A DNA stretch of 64,000 nt from the human T2T-CHM13v2.0 reference genome, Homo sapiens. The stretch lies in the NCBI RefSeq assembly GCF_009914755.1, contig NC_060930.1. The stretch is one strand, 5' to 3'. Every line of letters starts with the position of its first letter. The stretch's first letter is position 1. Below, in pieces: positions 24,496-35,513 of this stretch. Under the pieces are notes generated by a model, which searched no databases, was not told the origin of the DNA, and worked only from the letters and a program-made list of their open reading frames with translations. A program made the translations under genes and the position numbers.

Positions 24496-26314
24496 GAGGA
24501 TTTTTTTTTTTTTTAAATCAAGACTTAGCAATGCATGTTCTAGAAACTGATTCTGGTTTTCAGACTTAACTAACATGGGTATAGGTGAGCTAAGATATTA
24601 AGCTGCAGGGAAGGGTCTAGAGTAGCTAGAGTTCCTGGGCTGCTCACTTCAAGCTATGAGGTCTCCTGAACACTGGTAAAAACCCCAGTGCTGTACAAAT
24701 ATCATTTTATCTTAGCCATGATGTTCAAGATTGGAAAGCATAACTCTATGTGATGATCATTGTCCGTTGCTTATTATTTTGAGACTAAAGGATTCTTAAG
24801 AAAGACCCTATTCTCCATTTCCACACTAAATGAGATCAAGTTCTTAATACTCTTCTTATTATAGGAGGAACATCTAATTCAATGCTACATCAGTAATTAA
24901 ATGATATTTTGTTAGGTGACATGCAAATGAGTAACAAATGGAATATGAAATAGAAAGTTCCCTTTGTTATGTAAATTGTCAAACACTTGATATTGTTTTT
25001 AAAGTTATTTGGGATTTTTTTAAGACACCAAGTTTGTAACAAGTGCCCTTCAACAGAAAAGACACTTGGATATCATGAGATGTTCTCTTAGGTTCCTCAA
25101 AGCCTAGCAGTCATAGCATTTTAATACTTACTAGTGGGGAGTCTGCCTTCCCTGCTGCACACCAGAACAGACTGGGGTGGGGGTTAATCATCTGGAAATG
25201 AGGTATTATAACTACTGATTTTGAAGAGTCTTTATAATGAAAACAAGACACAGTTAATAAAAGTAGCATAGAAAACATTAGAGAGTTATTTTATTAGGGC
25301 CATTAAATATTTGGAGTACAGTACTTAGAAAATCACTGTTAAAATTGTTACAGTTACTCTCTGAAGCCTGCTAAGAATACTGCTATTTATTACATTTTTA
25401 ATAATGCTATTCACTACATTTTAAAAGTTTACTCAAAAACTACATGACTTTCAAGTCATTTAAGAAGTCCAAAAGAAATTCCATGCCAACAAATTTAATT
25501 AATTTTGCATGGAATGTGAAAGAACCCATAGAAAATAAATGAAAGAGGGATATTGTTTTGAAATGGGACTCATTCAGTCTTCTGTAAGGCGGTGACTGCT
25601 TTTCCGTGTCACTGCTGGCAGTTATGTTGAATTATAGAAAGAGTCTGTGGGGTCTCTAGTAGAACTTCTCTTCGTGGATTATTTTTATCTATTATTCCAG
25701 AGCCAACACAGGAGCTATGAAGTCATAAATCCACATTGTAGCTGCATGAGAACTTGGCCTTATCACATATTTGCATACTCAGTGCTTTCTAAGCAAAGTT
25801 CTTTATCCATAACCTTAGTGTAGTCTTATTTTTCTTAGTGGGTACCTGTGATCTCTAATATGCTTTGCTATCTCTCTTTTTGTTTTATATCTTTAAAAAA
25901 ATCTCTATGTTTTTATTTTTTCTGGAAGGAAACAGGCTCACTTGGAATATTTACCTAGATTCTCTCTTTCACAAGAACACGCAGTATTTTGTATTCATTA
26001 TCTCATTATCTCTTCCCTGGTTGTGTCTTTAGAAAAGAAACAATGGATAACAGAGGGTAAAAGAGTTTCAGTAATTTTCTCAGCTCACAGAGACCTAATA
26101 GGACAAATACTCCAGGAACGTATGCCTTAGTTCCTGCAGATGACAATATATGCTAACTGGGATTCAAGCTCTAACAAACAGGCAAGACCAATGTCAAACT
26201 AATAACCATAACGTGGAAGCACATTACAGTGATTTTGGCTATCCAACTAAATGTAATAAATATCAAATGCCCACCATTTCAGAAGAATTATAATAAGGAA
26301 TATAGCATCTTTAA

Positions 26315-26817
26315 CCCATTTCTCATTTGCCTGAAGAATACTTGCAGACAGCATTTGTGGCTTAATGTTTACCCTGAGATAACTTGTGGCTTACTGTCCT
26401 AACCTTATCCCCAAAGTTTGCCATGAAATATCTCACTTTTATTATTATTTTTGCATAGGTCTAGCATATTGACTTTGGAAACAAAAGACATCATTCTATT
26501 TGTAGCATTCTGTGTTTGATAGTAGTATTTCCATATACAAAATATAGTAATTATTGATTGCTGAAATCAAATCCTAGAAAATACAGCATTCCTATATAAA
26601 AAATTATTAAATTCTGATCATCATATACATTTCTGTTACATTAGGATTAGAGATAAGTTTTATTTAGAAATAACTCTAAGAAACGTTTTTATATTTTATT
26701 TTCACATTGAAAATAAGTCAGATTTGCTTCAGCCTCAAAAAATGTGTTTATGTAAAATTAAATGAGAGCTGGCAGTGAGCTGTACATTTTTTTTCCTAAT
26801 GGGACATGGGTTATGGG
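26315..26817 (+). mobile_element. MER75-family piggyBac-derived MITE with TTAA target sites
   Basis: TTAA|CCCATTTCTC...GGGACATGGG...GGG|TTAA termini; internal gactttggaaacaaaagacatcattctattt and gtcagatttgcttcagcctcaaa match the recalled MER75 consensus. Confidence 0.88.
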
Positions 26818-26834
26818 TTAAAGATGTACAAGCT

Positions 26835-27151
<317 letters not shown>

Positions 27152-29350
27152 CTAGAGGCCCTGGCCTCCACAAGCCCACAATTTAGTTATTCTTCTTCTT
27201 TATGATTTTAAGACCTTGTCAGGAATACTTTGGGATTATCAGTAGTTAGGACCAAGATATTTCATATTTTATAGCAGAGACAACTCTATCTGTGCATTTT
27301 ATAAGATTAATCCATTGGTATGTTTCTTGTTGAATTTCTATATAAAGACATTCTACGTGATGAGTTGTTCAATATGAACTGTCTAAAAAACAATTCCTTA
27401 TGAATAATACCTAAAAATGCATAAGTAGCAAATATCTTTTATAGTGGTTGATGTAACATATTCTATGTTGTTCCTACTTTTGCCCTTTCTCTGTTACTTA
27501 TTTTACTTTGTCTTTATTTTAAAGATAATTTTATTTAAAAGTAAAACATTTATGTTCATACAAAAAATATAGCAGAATACGGGATGGAAAATAAAAGTCC
27601 TCCTCTTTTCTTGACTCCTAAAGGTGGCAGCTTTAATATGTTCACATAATTCCTCTCCCAAAATGTCTTGGCATATTCAAGCAGTTACAGGCACATACAT
27701 AGATATGTGTGTCTATCTGCAGTTATACCTATCTATATGCCTTTGTAAATATAAATTCATCAGTATTTCTCACCTGCAGTGATACTCAATAAAACAGAAT
27801 GCTCAAAGCCCAGACCCCTCAGGACAAATATCTTGGCTGTCCTTGCTATGCTGGGGTCAATCAGATGGTCTCAGGGGAGAGGAGGCATTTGGGAGGTTGG
27901 GCAGCAGTGATTTGTCAACAAGTACAGAAGCATTTCAGTATTTTATCCACTAGTTGTTCCACAACTGTGCCTAAAAGGCTAATACTAACCCTACTTTGAC
28001 TCATTCGATGGGTGATTTCCCCTCCATGGCTCTCAAGCATGCATGCATTCAAGTAAACATCTTGAAGGAATAGCATCAGAGCCACCTGTATTACCGCATT
28101 CCATACCAAATTTTTATATTTTTAAATCTAGTCCCTTAGGGTATACCATAGATCCTATACACGTATGCATGAGTTACCATGTCAAAACTATGAAGCAGAT
28201 AAAATTTGTTTCTAGAGCATCCCTTTCAGGATTCCCTCTGTAGCTCAGCAGTCCTGTTAATCACATTGTAGTGAGCCTGTCCTCCCAATTGTGCCCCACC
28301 AGTGACCTCATCCACTTAGAGCTTAGAGCTGCCAAGCTCTCATACCTCATAGCATTTACTAGTCAAGAACATATCATACTGTTTTATTATTATAGCACTT
28401 TTCATTTGTCTCATTATTACAATATATTAACAACACATTGATGGTGGAATAGTAATTTAAACTAATTCATATCTGTCTTTCTACCTAGAACATTGTACAT
28501 AAATGTCATTCCATAATGTTTCTTCACTATTCTTTTGGACTACATTGGTAAAGACACAGATATGCACTACCACAAAACATCTAGAATATTTCTTTTTTTA
28601 CGTCTTCAAATTCTATATAAATTTGTAAATAGAGCATTGCCACATTCCTCTCCATTGTCACTCTGTTAACAGTAACAATACCTCTTTATTTCACCCCTTT
28701 TCTTGCATGTTTACCTTTTGTAAAGAGAAGGTACAGAAACCCTTCATTTAATGTGTTTCAGGTTCAATCCGTTGTCTTCATAACACTGGAATTTCTCCTC
28801 CATTATTTTCTATTTGGGGATGTAAAGGAATGGACATTTATTGAGGATTTACTGCCACAATGCTAGAACCACAATCTGAACATAGGAATGTGTTTATGTT
28901 GTTTTTGCTGTACCATACTAACTGCCTCTAAATGGCACTTTTTTGAGGATTATGTGATATAAGTAAACAAGTTTTCTAAACTATCAAGCACTATTCACAC
29001 TGGGAATTTCTAGCTTGTATTTTACAGTCTTTAACACAGTAAGGTGAGTAAATTGGTATGTACTATTAATAAATGTTTTAGGTGGTAATAATTATAATGG
29101 AACTTTAAACATCAGGTGAAATGTTGCCAATGAGTTGTTACTAAAATCCAGTCTTAATCCATTTCTTTTAAAGCCATGGTTGTCAAAACAAAACATCACT
29201 TCTTAGCAAAAAATTATTAGATATGAACCTGTAATAGTAAAATCATTTCAGAGAACATTATAAGATTATAGAATAAAATCTGAAATAAAATCTACTGTAG
29301 CATTTAGACTTATATTTGACATAAAATGATGAGAATATTTGGGAATTCAA

Positions 29351-29378
29351 TGTTATTGTTGTTGTTATACTTCCCTAG
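29351..29378 (+). promoter_or_regulatory. 3' splice site of the LAMA2 exon (GTT-repeat tract plus short pyrimidine run plus TAG)
   Basis: tgttattgttgttgttatacttccctAG|GTG. Confidence 0.92.
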
Positions 29379-29621
29379 GTGTTCCAGATCGCGTATGTGA
29401 TTGTGAAGGCAGCTAACTCCCCCCGGCCTGGAAACTGGATTTTGGAACGCTCTCTTGATGATGTTGAATACAAGCCCTGGCAGTATCATGCTGTGACAGA
29501 CACGGAGTGCCTAACGCTTTACAATATTTATCCCCGCACTGGGCCACCGTCATATGCCAAAGATGATGAGGTCATCTGCACTTCATTTTACTCCAAGATA
29601 CACCCCTTAGAAAATGGAGAG
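29379..29621 (+). CDS. LAMA2: Laminin subunit alpha-2 internal coding exon (exon 4 by recall; LN domain), 243 nt / 81 codons, phase 0-0
   Basis: Translation VFQIAYVIVKAANSPRPGNWILERSLDDVEYKPWQYHAVTDTECLTLYNIYPRTGPPSYAKDDEVICTSFYSKIHPLENGE matches the laminin alpha LN domain (SPRPGNWILERS, PWQY, PLENGE motifs) as in LAMA2. It is bounded by acceptor ttccctAG (29377-29378) and donor GAG|GTAAGA (GT at 29622-29623), and CpGs are locally retained. Confidence 0.97.
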
Positions 29622-29627
29622 GTAAGA
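29619..29627 (+). promoter_or_regulatory. 5' splice site of the LAMA2 exon
   Basis: GAG|GTAAGA, near consensus. Confidence 0.93.
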
Positions 29628-30354
29628 TGAGAAAACTCACCATTTAAGCACATTTGATACGGTGAAATAGGCCTGTCAGAAAGACCTGAATATATCAGTA
29701 ATTAATGTCAGGGAGATTTTAAAATAGGATTTAGCAAAAGTACATTTAAATGAGTTATTAAATAAAAAAGAAAAACCTGAGGTGATTAGAATTTTAACTA
29801 CCTTCATGTGTCTCCCATCTCCAGTAAAGATCAGAGAAGAGGAAATAGGTTTAATCTGGAAAGTCAATGATTAATTTTACATATAAAGAGACTTTCTCAA
29901 CAATGAGGATTGCTAATGATTAGAGAAGGATTGGAGACCTTAAAGGTGGCCTTACATTTGAGGGTACTTTGGTCTGAAGATGGAGACAAAAGAAATGAAT
30001 TTGTGAAGAAATGTAATCCACATGAAAGACCCAAATGAAAAGTAATTCTTTCAATCTTTTGATGTTTTTCTGCTGTCACCACATAGGGCTACAGTGGGGT
30101 TTCTTCCCTGGGTCAGGCTTTGTGGAACAGTAATGTGCAGGAAGTCTTAGGTTCTCAGTGATGTGCAAGCTAGGTTACGTGCTTAGTTCAAATATGTTCT
30201 TCTCCAGTGTCTGTCATCCTGTGGTTAAGATTTTAGATTCATTCATTGATTTTAAGCCACATATTCTAACCATGGCTTCAGTTGTTATTAGTTTATTAGT
30301 TGTATGTGGGGGCGGGGAGGTTTTTTTTTTGTTTTTTTTTTTTTTTGTTTTCTG

Positions 30355-30530
30355 GCTTAGTTGTGTGTTCTTGATCCAGTTACTTAAATTCTCTGCACCT
30401 CAGTTTCATCGCCCATAAATCAGGAATAATAATAGTTCTTACCTCATATAATTGTCAAGAGGATTAAATGCATTATTGTATTTAAAGCATTAGAACAATG
30501 CTGAAATGCACACTAAGTACTCTGTGCTAT
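30355..30530 (+). mobile_element. MIR SINE
   Basis: Core agttacttaaattctctgcacctcagtttc...ataataatagttcttacctcat...gaggattaaatg. Confidence 0.8.
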
Positions 30531-31944
30531 TTTTATTGTTTTGTTGCCATTAAGGAAATAATAACCATTACTACTATTATTTTTATTATTATCCTTAGTC
30601 TTCTCTCAAATACCCAAACTTTGACTTAGTGACTCTCTTGAATTATTCAATATTTCTTTAGTATGTTTCCCTGACTTGTCTCCCTTTAGTATATGTGACC
30701 CACCTCCTTTCATGCTACCTAATTATGTATATCTCCATTGATACTCATGTCTGATATTCTCTCCCACATAGTCCACACATCTGAAGCTAGTATCATCATT
30801 TATATTTACATTTTCAGAAAACCCATATTCACATTCTATCATGCCCACCCCAGCCAATCTAGGGTTATCTCTCAACACTTCTAGGGAAAATTAGGGTTTT
30901 GGCATAAATCTGTCAGACCCTCATTAGGCACTATTTTTATATTAATGTATACCAGTGCTTCACTATATTTTAAATTCCATGTTCAAAAATACCAGTTTTG
31001 GGGAAAAACATTCCAAATGGTACTCTCAGCAGAAATCTCAATCTGCCAAATGACAAGGACTCAAATGCAGTGAGTCAAACAGCTGTTCAACCTGCTTTGT
31101 GCCTAGAGGCATCCAATTCCTGGCCAGTTTGGCCTGAGGATATGGGAGTAGGGAGTGCAGAAAGAGTTTTGAGTTGAATTTTTATTATTTTTTATCCTAG
31201 ATTCAGTTTACATAAGACTAATAATTCTCAAACAATTTAAGACTATTCTATACCTTTAAAAATGATTCAATTCAGAAATTTATTAAGCAATATAAAATAC
31301 ACTTCGGCAGGTATGTAACATGCGTGTCACAAGCATATACCCTACCCATTCTCTCCCTTCATTAATAATGGTTCTCCATTCCTTAAACCAAGTCAGCCTG
31401 CCAATATGAAACAAAAGACATGTTTATTAGTTAATTAGTTAGTTTCTTTAATTGGCTATATTGTTTTCACTCCTAAACAACACTTACTAAAAACTGCTTA
31501 TTGATGGTAACTATTAGGAGCAACTGACTGAACTGTCTCTGTGACATGTTTCCTTACGTCTATTTGTCACTCATGGGGAAGTGAATGAAATAAGGAACAG
31601 AAAGTAATTCAAAATATTTGCCATAGAATGATAAGACTGAAGAATAAGAATTAAATTCAGACCTCTCCTAGGCTATCTATTCATTTTATATAGCTTACTT
31701 TGTGGAATATGTTACTTTTTTGAATAGACAGGTGATATCCTCCAAGACTCTCAGCTCAATGATAATATAACTGAAATAATAATTGAGGTCTCTGATTCTC
31801 AGGTAAATATTTCATCCATAATCTGGTAAGGATTAAAAGTTGACTTTTAAAAGTTGACAATCGCTAAACTTAAAAATGGTTCAGAGGAGATACAATATTG
31901 CTGGATCTAATGTAAGTAGAAAGAATCCTAATTCTGATATATCA

Positions 31945-32060
31945 TGGCATAGAAAAAGACACAAGGAATTAGAAGACCTGGATTCTGGTACTGGTTCCAG
32001 TTATTTGTGGGACCTTGGTCAAATGATTTAATCTCTCTGGGATTAAATTTCTTTAATAGA
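31945..32060 (+). mobile_element. MIR SINE fragment
   Basis: agaagacctggattctgg...gtgggaccttggtcaaatgatttaatctctctg. Confidence 0.6.
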
Positions 32061-32759
32061 TGAATTAGTTCAATGCCCAGATTGTTCTAAGGCAGCATGG
32101 TATTTTCTAAAATAATATAGCTTTGGCTATCATACAACATTTGAGGATATTCTAAAAGTTTTGGATACTTTTCTCTAACATTATCCAGACAAAGTAGCTG
32201 TGGAATAAATCTCACTCGTCAGCTTTAGTTTTAAAATTATGTACTTTCACATAATCCCTGGAATACAATTATTAATTGTTTATGTTCAAAACTTTACAGA
32301 GAAGTGACAGTCAAATAAGAGAAACAAACATATAAACCAGTAAATAAAACATGATTGCATAAGTACTGTAACAGTAGTGTATACAGAGAGCAATAAATCT
32401 CCCCCTGCTTGAGTGGAAGGAGGCACATTGAGAAGATAACTTCTCAGAATATGGGAAAACCAGCAACAACTCTTATCTCAAAAGTCTCAAAGCCAATATG
32501 CAAATTCATCTCCAATAATGCCTATGTGTTAAACTCGGTACATACAGAATTTACCTCCATTGTTGAGGGATATTGTTATCAGATGTAGAATTCTAGGTTT
32601 GCAGTTATTTTCTTTTGGCACATTTTATTGTTTTCTGATTTCCATTGCTTATGTAGAGAATGCAGCTATCCGATTACTATCTTTTGGAGTGACTTTTCTC
32701 TGATTTATTTAAATATTTTTTTCTTTGTTCTTCAGTAGTTTTACTATGATGCTTCAGAT

Positions 32760-32970
32760 CTTCACTGCCCACTACAATAGCCACTAGCCATATGTGGTAA
32801 TTCAAATTTAAATTTCAGTTAATCAAAATTAAATTAAAATTCCATTTCCCCATTACACTAGCCACATTTCAAGTACTCAGTAGCCACATGGGACTAGCAG
32901 CCACCACACTGGATTGGGCAGAAAGCAACACTGCCATTATTGCACAAAGTTCTGTTGGGCAATGCTACTT
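32760..32970 (-). mobile_element. MER3 (hAT-Charlie MITE)
   Basis: tagccactagccatatgtgg...cactagccacatttcaagtactcagtagccacatg...aaagttctgttgggcaatgct. Confidence 0.85.
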
Positions 32971-33321
32971 TAGATTGTACCTTTTTATTTTCTACATATC
33001 TGCAAAGTGATGTCTTTCATCAGTTCAGAAAACTGTTCAGTCATTACCTCTCTAAATATTGCTTCTTCCGCATTCCCTCTGCTCTATGATTCTAATTAAA
33101 AATGACTTGGAACTTTTTACTGTATACACTATGTATTTTAAACTCTCTTCTTTAGTTTTCATCCTTTTGTCTTTCTGTATCTTCATTCTAGGTATTTTCT
33201 TCTGGATTACTTCTAGTTCATTAATTCTCTTCTCAGCTATGTAAATATTGCTATTAAAGTTATTCATAGGATTCTTAATTTCATATATTTTTCAGTTTCT
33301 AAATTTCTCTGGTTCATTTTC

Positions 33322-33641
33322 TTTTTTTCTTTCTTTCTTTTTTTTTTTTTTTTGAGACCGAGTCTCGCTCTGTCACCCAGGCTGGAGTGCAGTGGCGCCA
33401 TCTCAGCTCACTGTAACCTCCGCCTCCCGGGTTCCCGGGTTCAAGTGGTTCTCCTGCCTCAGCCTCCTGAGTAGCTGGGATTACAGGCGCGTGCCACCAT
33501 GTCCACTTGATTTTTGTGTTTTCAGTACAGACAGGGTTTCACCATGTTGGTCAGGATGGTCTCGATCTCTTGACCTCATGATCTGCCCACCTTGGCCTCC
33601 CAAAGTGCTAGGATTACAGGCATGAGCCACTGTGCCCAGCC
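33322..33641 (-). mobile_element. AluSc, antisense, 12-bp TSD, internal 8-bp duplication
   Basis: ggatggtctcgatctcttgacctc (Sc diagnostics); TSD tggttcattttc at 33310-33321 and 33642-33653; cccgggtt repeated at 33426-33441. Confidence 0.95.
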
Positions 33642-34499
33642 TGGTTCATTTTCAAATAGAAGTTGTTTCTCATTTTACATTGAAATTTTATATTTATAGT
33701 AAAATTTTAATTTAATAATATGATTTATTCTAAAATTTTCAATATTCTATTTTTAATCTCCTTGAGCATAAAGTAAAAATTATCTTTAAAAGTTTTTGTC
33801 TGATAATTCTAATATATGGCCTTTTTGGATATATTTTATTTTCTGTTTCATCTGCTGATTCTTTTTATGCTGTCTTACATTCTTGTGTGCCTGATTATCT
33901 TTGTATAACAGAAGTTGTATTTGAAAGAGAATGTGTAGAAATAATTTGAGAGCTAGTATATTGTCTTCATCCTGTGTGAACTTTCTGATGCTACTGCCAG
34001 GCAATGGAAATCTGGATCATCTTAATTCAATTTTAGGGATTCAAATTTCTGGGACATTCAGATGATTCAAAGCATTGCTATAACCCAGTGACAGCTGCTT
34101 TAATTCCAGTATACGCTCATTCCCATGCTGCTTATCTTTGGAGTCCAAGCCAGCGTGTGTGGGAATTACGAAAGTCCCACCCATGCAGTCCTGGAATCCA
34201 ACTTTTGTCCTCCTAATACAGCAGGGCTGTCAAAAGAGCTGCTCAGTCTCTCAGCCATGTGTCTGGACAGGAAAATGCTCACAGGACAAAAGCTGTCACA
34301 ACGTACCAATCACCTGTCTAGACATCTCTTTTGTCCTTGATGTTGAGAAGGTTATCTTCACTCTCTTGATAGCTCTCACATGGCTTTAAACATATGTTTT
34401 TGTATATTTATCCAGTTTGTCTAGTTGTTGTCATTGAGAGTGTTGACTCTTACTGTATAATCTACCATAAATAGAAGCGAAGTTGCACATGCATTTAAT

Positions 34500-34925
34500 T
34501 TTTTTTATTTTGGAATTATGTTAAGTTTACACACATGTATGAAGATTATAGAGAATCCTCACATTCCCTCATCCAGCTATCCCTAGGAATAATATCTTAA
34601 ATAATGACAATGCACATGTTAAAACTAAGAAGTTAGCATTGATACATTATTGTTATCTAAACCACAGACCTTATTCAGGTTTCATTCATTTTACCAATTT
34701 CATTTTTTCTCTTCTGGGATCCAATTCAGGTACTATTTTGCATTTAGTCACTGATCTGTGACAGTTTTAAGAGATATTTTAAGAAATATTTTAAGAGATA
34801 TTTAGAGATATTTTATAGACTATTATTCAGTTTGGGTTTGCCTGATGTTTTTTCATGGTTAAACTGGGCTTCTGGATTTTGGGAACCAATACTACAGAGG
34901 AAACAGTTTCTCATTGCATCAATCA
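34500..34925 (-). mobile_element. L1MC4-like 3' fragment containing a short 12-bp tandem repeat
   Basis: aaaactaagaagttagcattgatac...accacagaccttattcagg...gtttgggtttgcctgatgtttttt; about 4 copies of ttaagagatatt at ~34765-34815. Confidence 0.7.
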
Positions 34926-35189
34926 TTTTTTATTAATATATGCATATTTTTTTCTTTTTTATTGGTTTATGGGGCTTGTGCTTCTATTAATAGGTAGATT
35001 TTTAAAATGTTTTTAATTTTTATGGTTACATAGTAGGTATATATATTTTAGATAGATTTTTAACGTGGACAGCAGTATCTAAATATTTACTGTGATTTGT
35101 AATGTATATTTTTTACTAAGCATTGAATGGTCATTTTCTTCCAGACCTTCAAAATATTCCTTAAATATGTCAGAAATAAGAAAAACAAG

Positions 35190-35513
35190 TCCCTCCCTCT
35201 CTGCCTTCCTCCCTTCCTTCCTTCCTTCCTTTTTTTTCTTTCTTCTTTACAAACAGGTTCTCATTGTGTTGATCAGGCTAGAGTCCAGTGGCATGATTAT
35301 AGCTCACTGCAGGCTCAAACTCCTAGGCTCAAGAAATCTTCCTACCTAAAAAATCAGCCTCCAGCTAATTTTTTAAAATTTTTTTGTAGAGACAGGGTCT
35401 TGCTATGTTGCCCAGGCCGTTCTCAAACTCCTGGCCTCAAGTGATCTTTCCACCTTAGTCTTCTAAAGTTACAGTCTTCTGAGATTACAGACATGAACCA
35501 CCATGCCTGGCCC
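35190..35513 (-). mobile_element. AluJ with tail decayed into a (CCTT)n microsatellite
   Basis: atagctcactgcaggctcaaactcctaggctcaag; ttgctatgttgcccagg; preceded by ccttccttccttcc. Confidence 0.88.

Larger units (their letters stand above)
32560..34480 (-). mobile_element. Ancient L1ME ORF1/5' region fragment, hosting MER3 and an AluSc
   Basis: The minus ORF 33052-33267 resembles decayed ORF1p coiled coil (AEKRINELE); it has the same terminal motif as the element ending at ~5820 (tatccag...gttgttgtc.ttgagag). Confidence 0.7.

Noticed and set aside
25444-25515. Small inverted repeats (atgactt/aagtcat; attccatgc/gcatggaat)
   Set aside because: Arms of 7-9 bp in AT-rich DNA are expected by chance in 64 kb.
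29379-29630. 83-aa stand-alone ORF starting 'M' in the ORF track
   Set aside because: The 'M' is a GTG (Val) at the exon start and the ORF runs 9 nt into the intron; it is an internal exon.
31785-31810. AG|GTAAAT recursive-splice-like site (similar ones near 1330, 41047 and 62000)
   Set aside because: Either the pyrimidine tract or the donor is weak in each case; none has the strong (Y)nAG|GTAAG signature.
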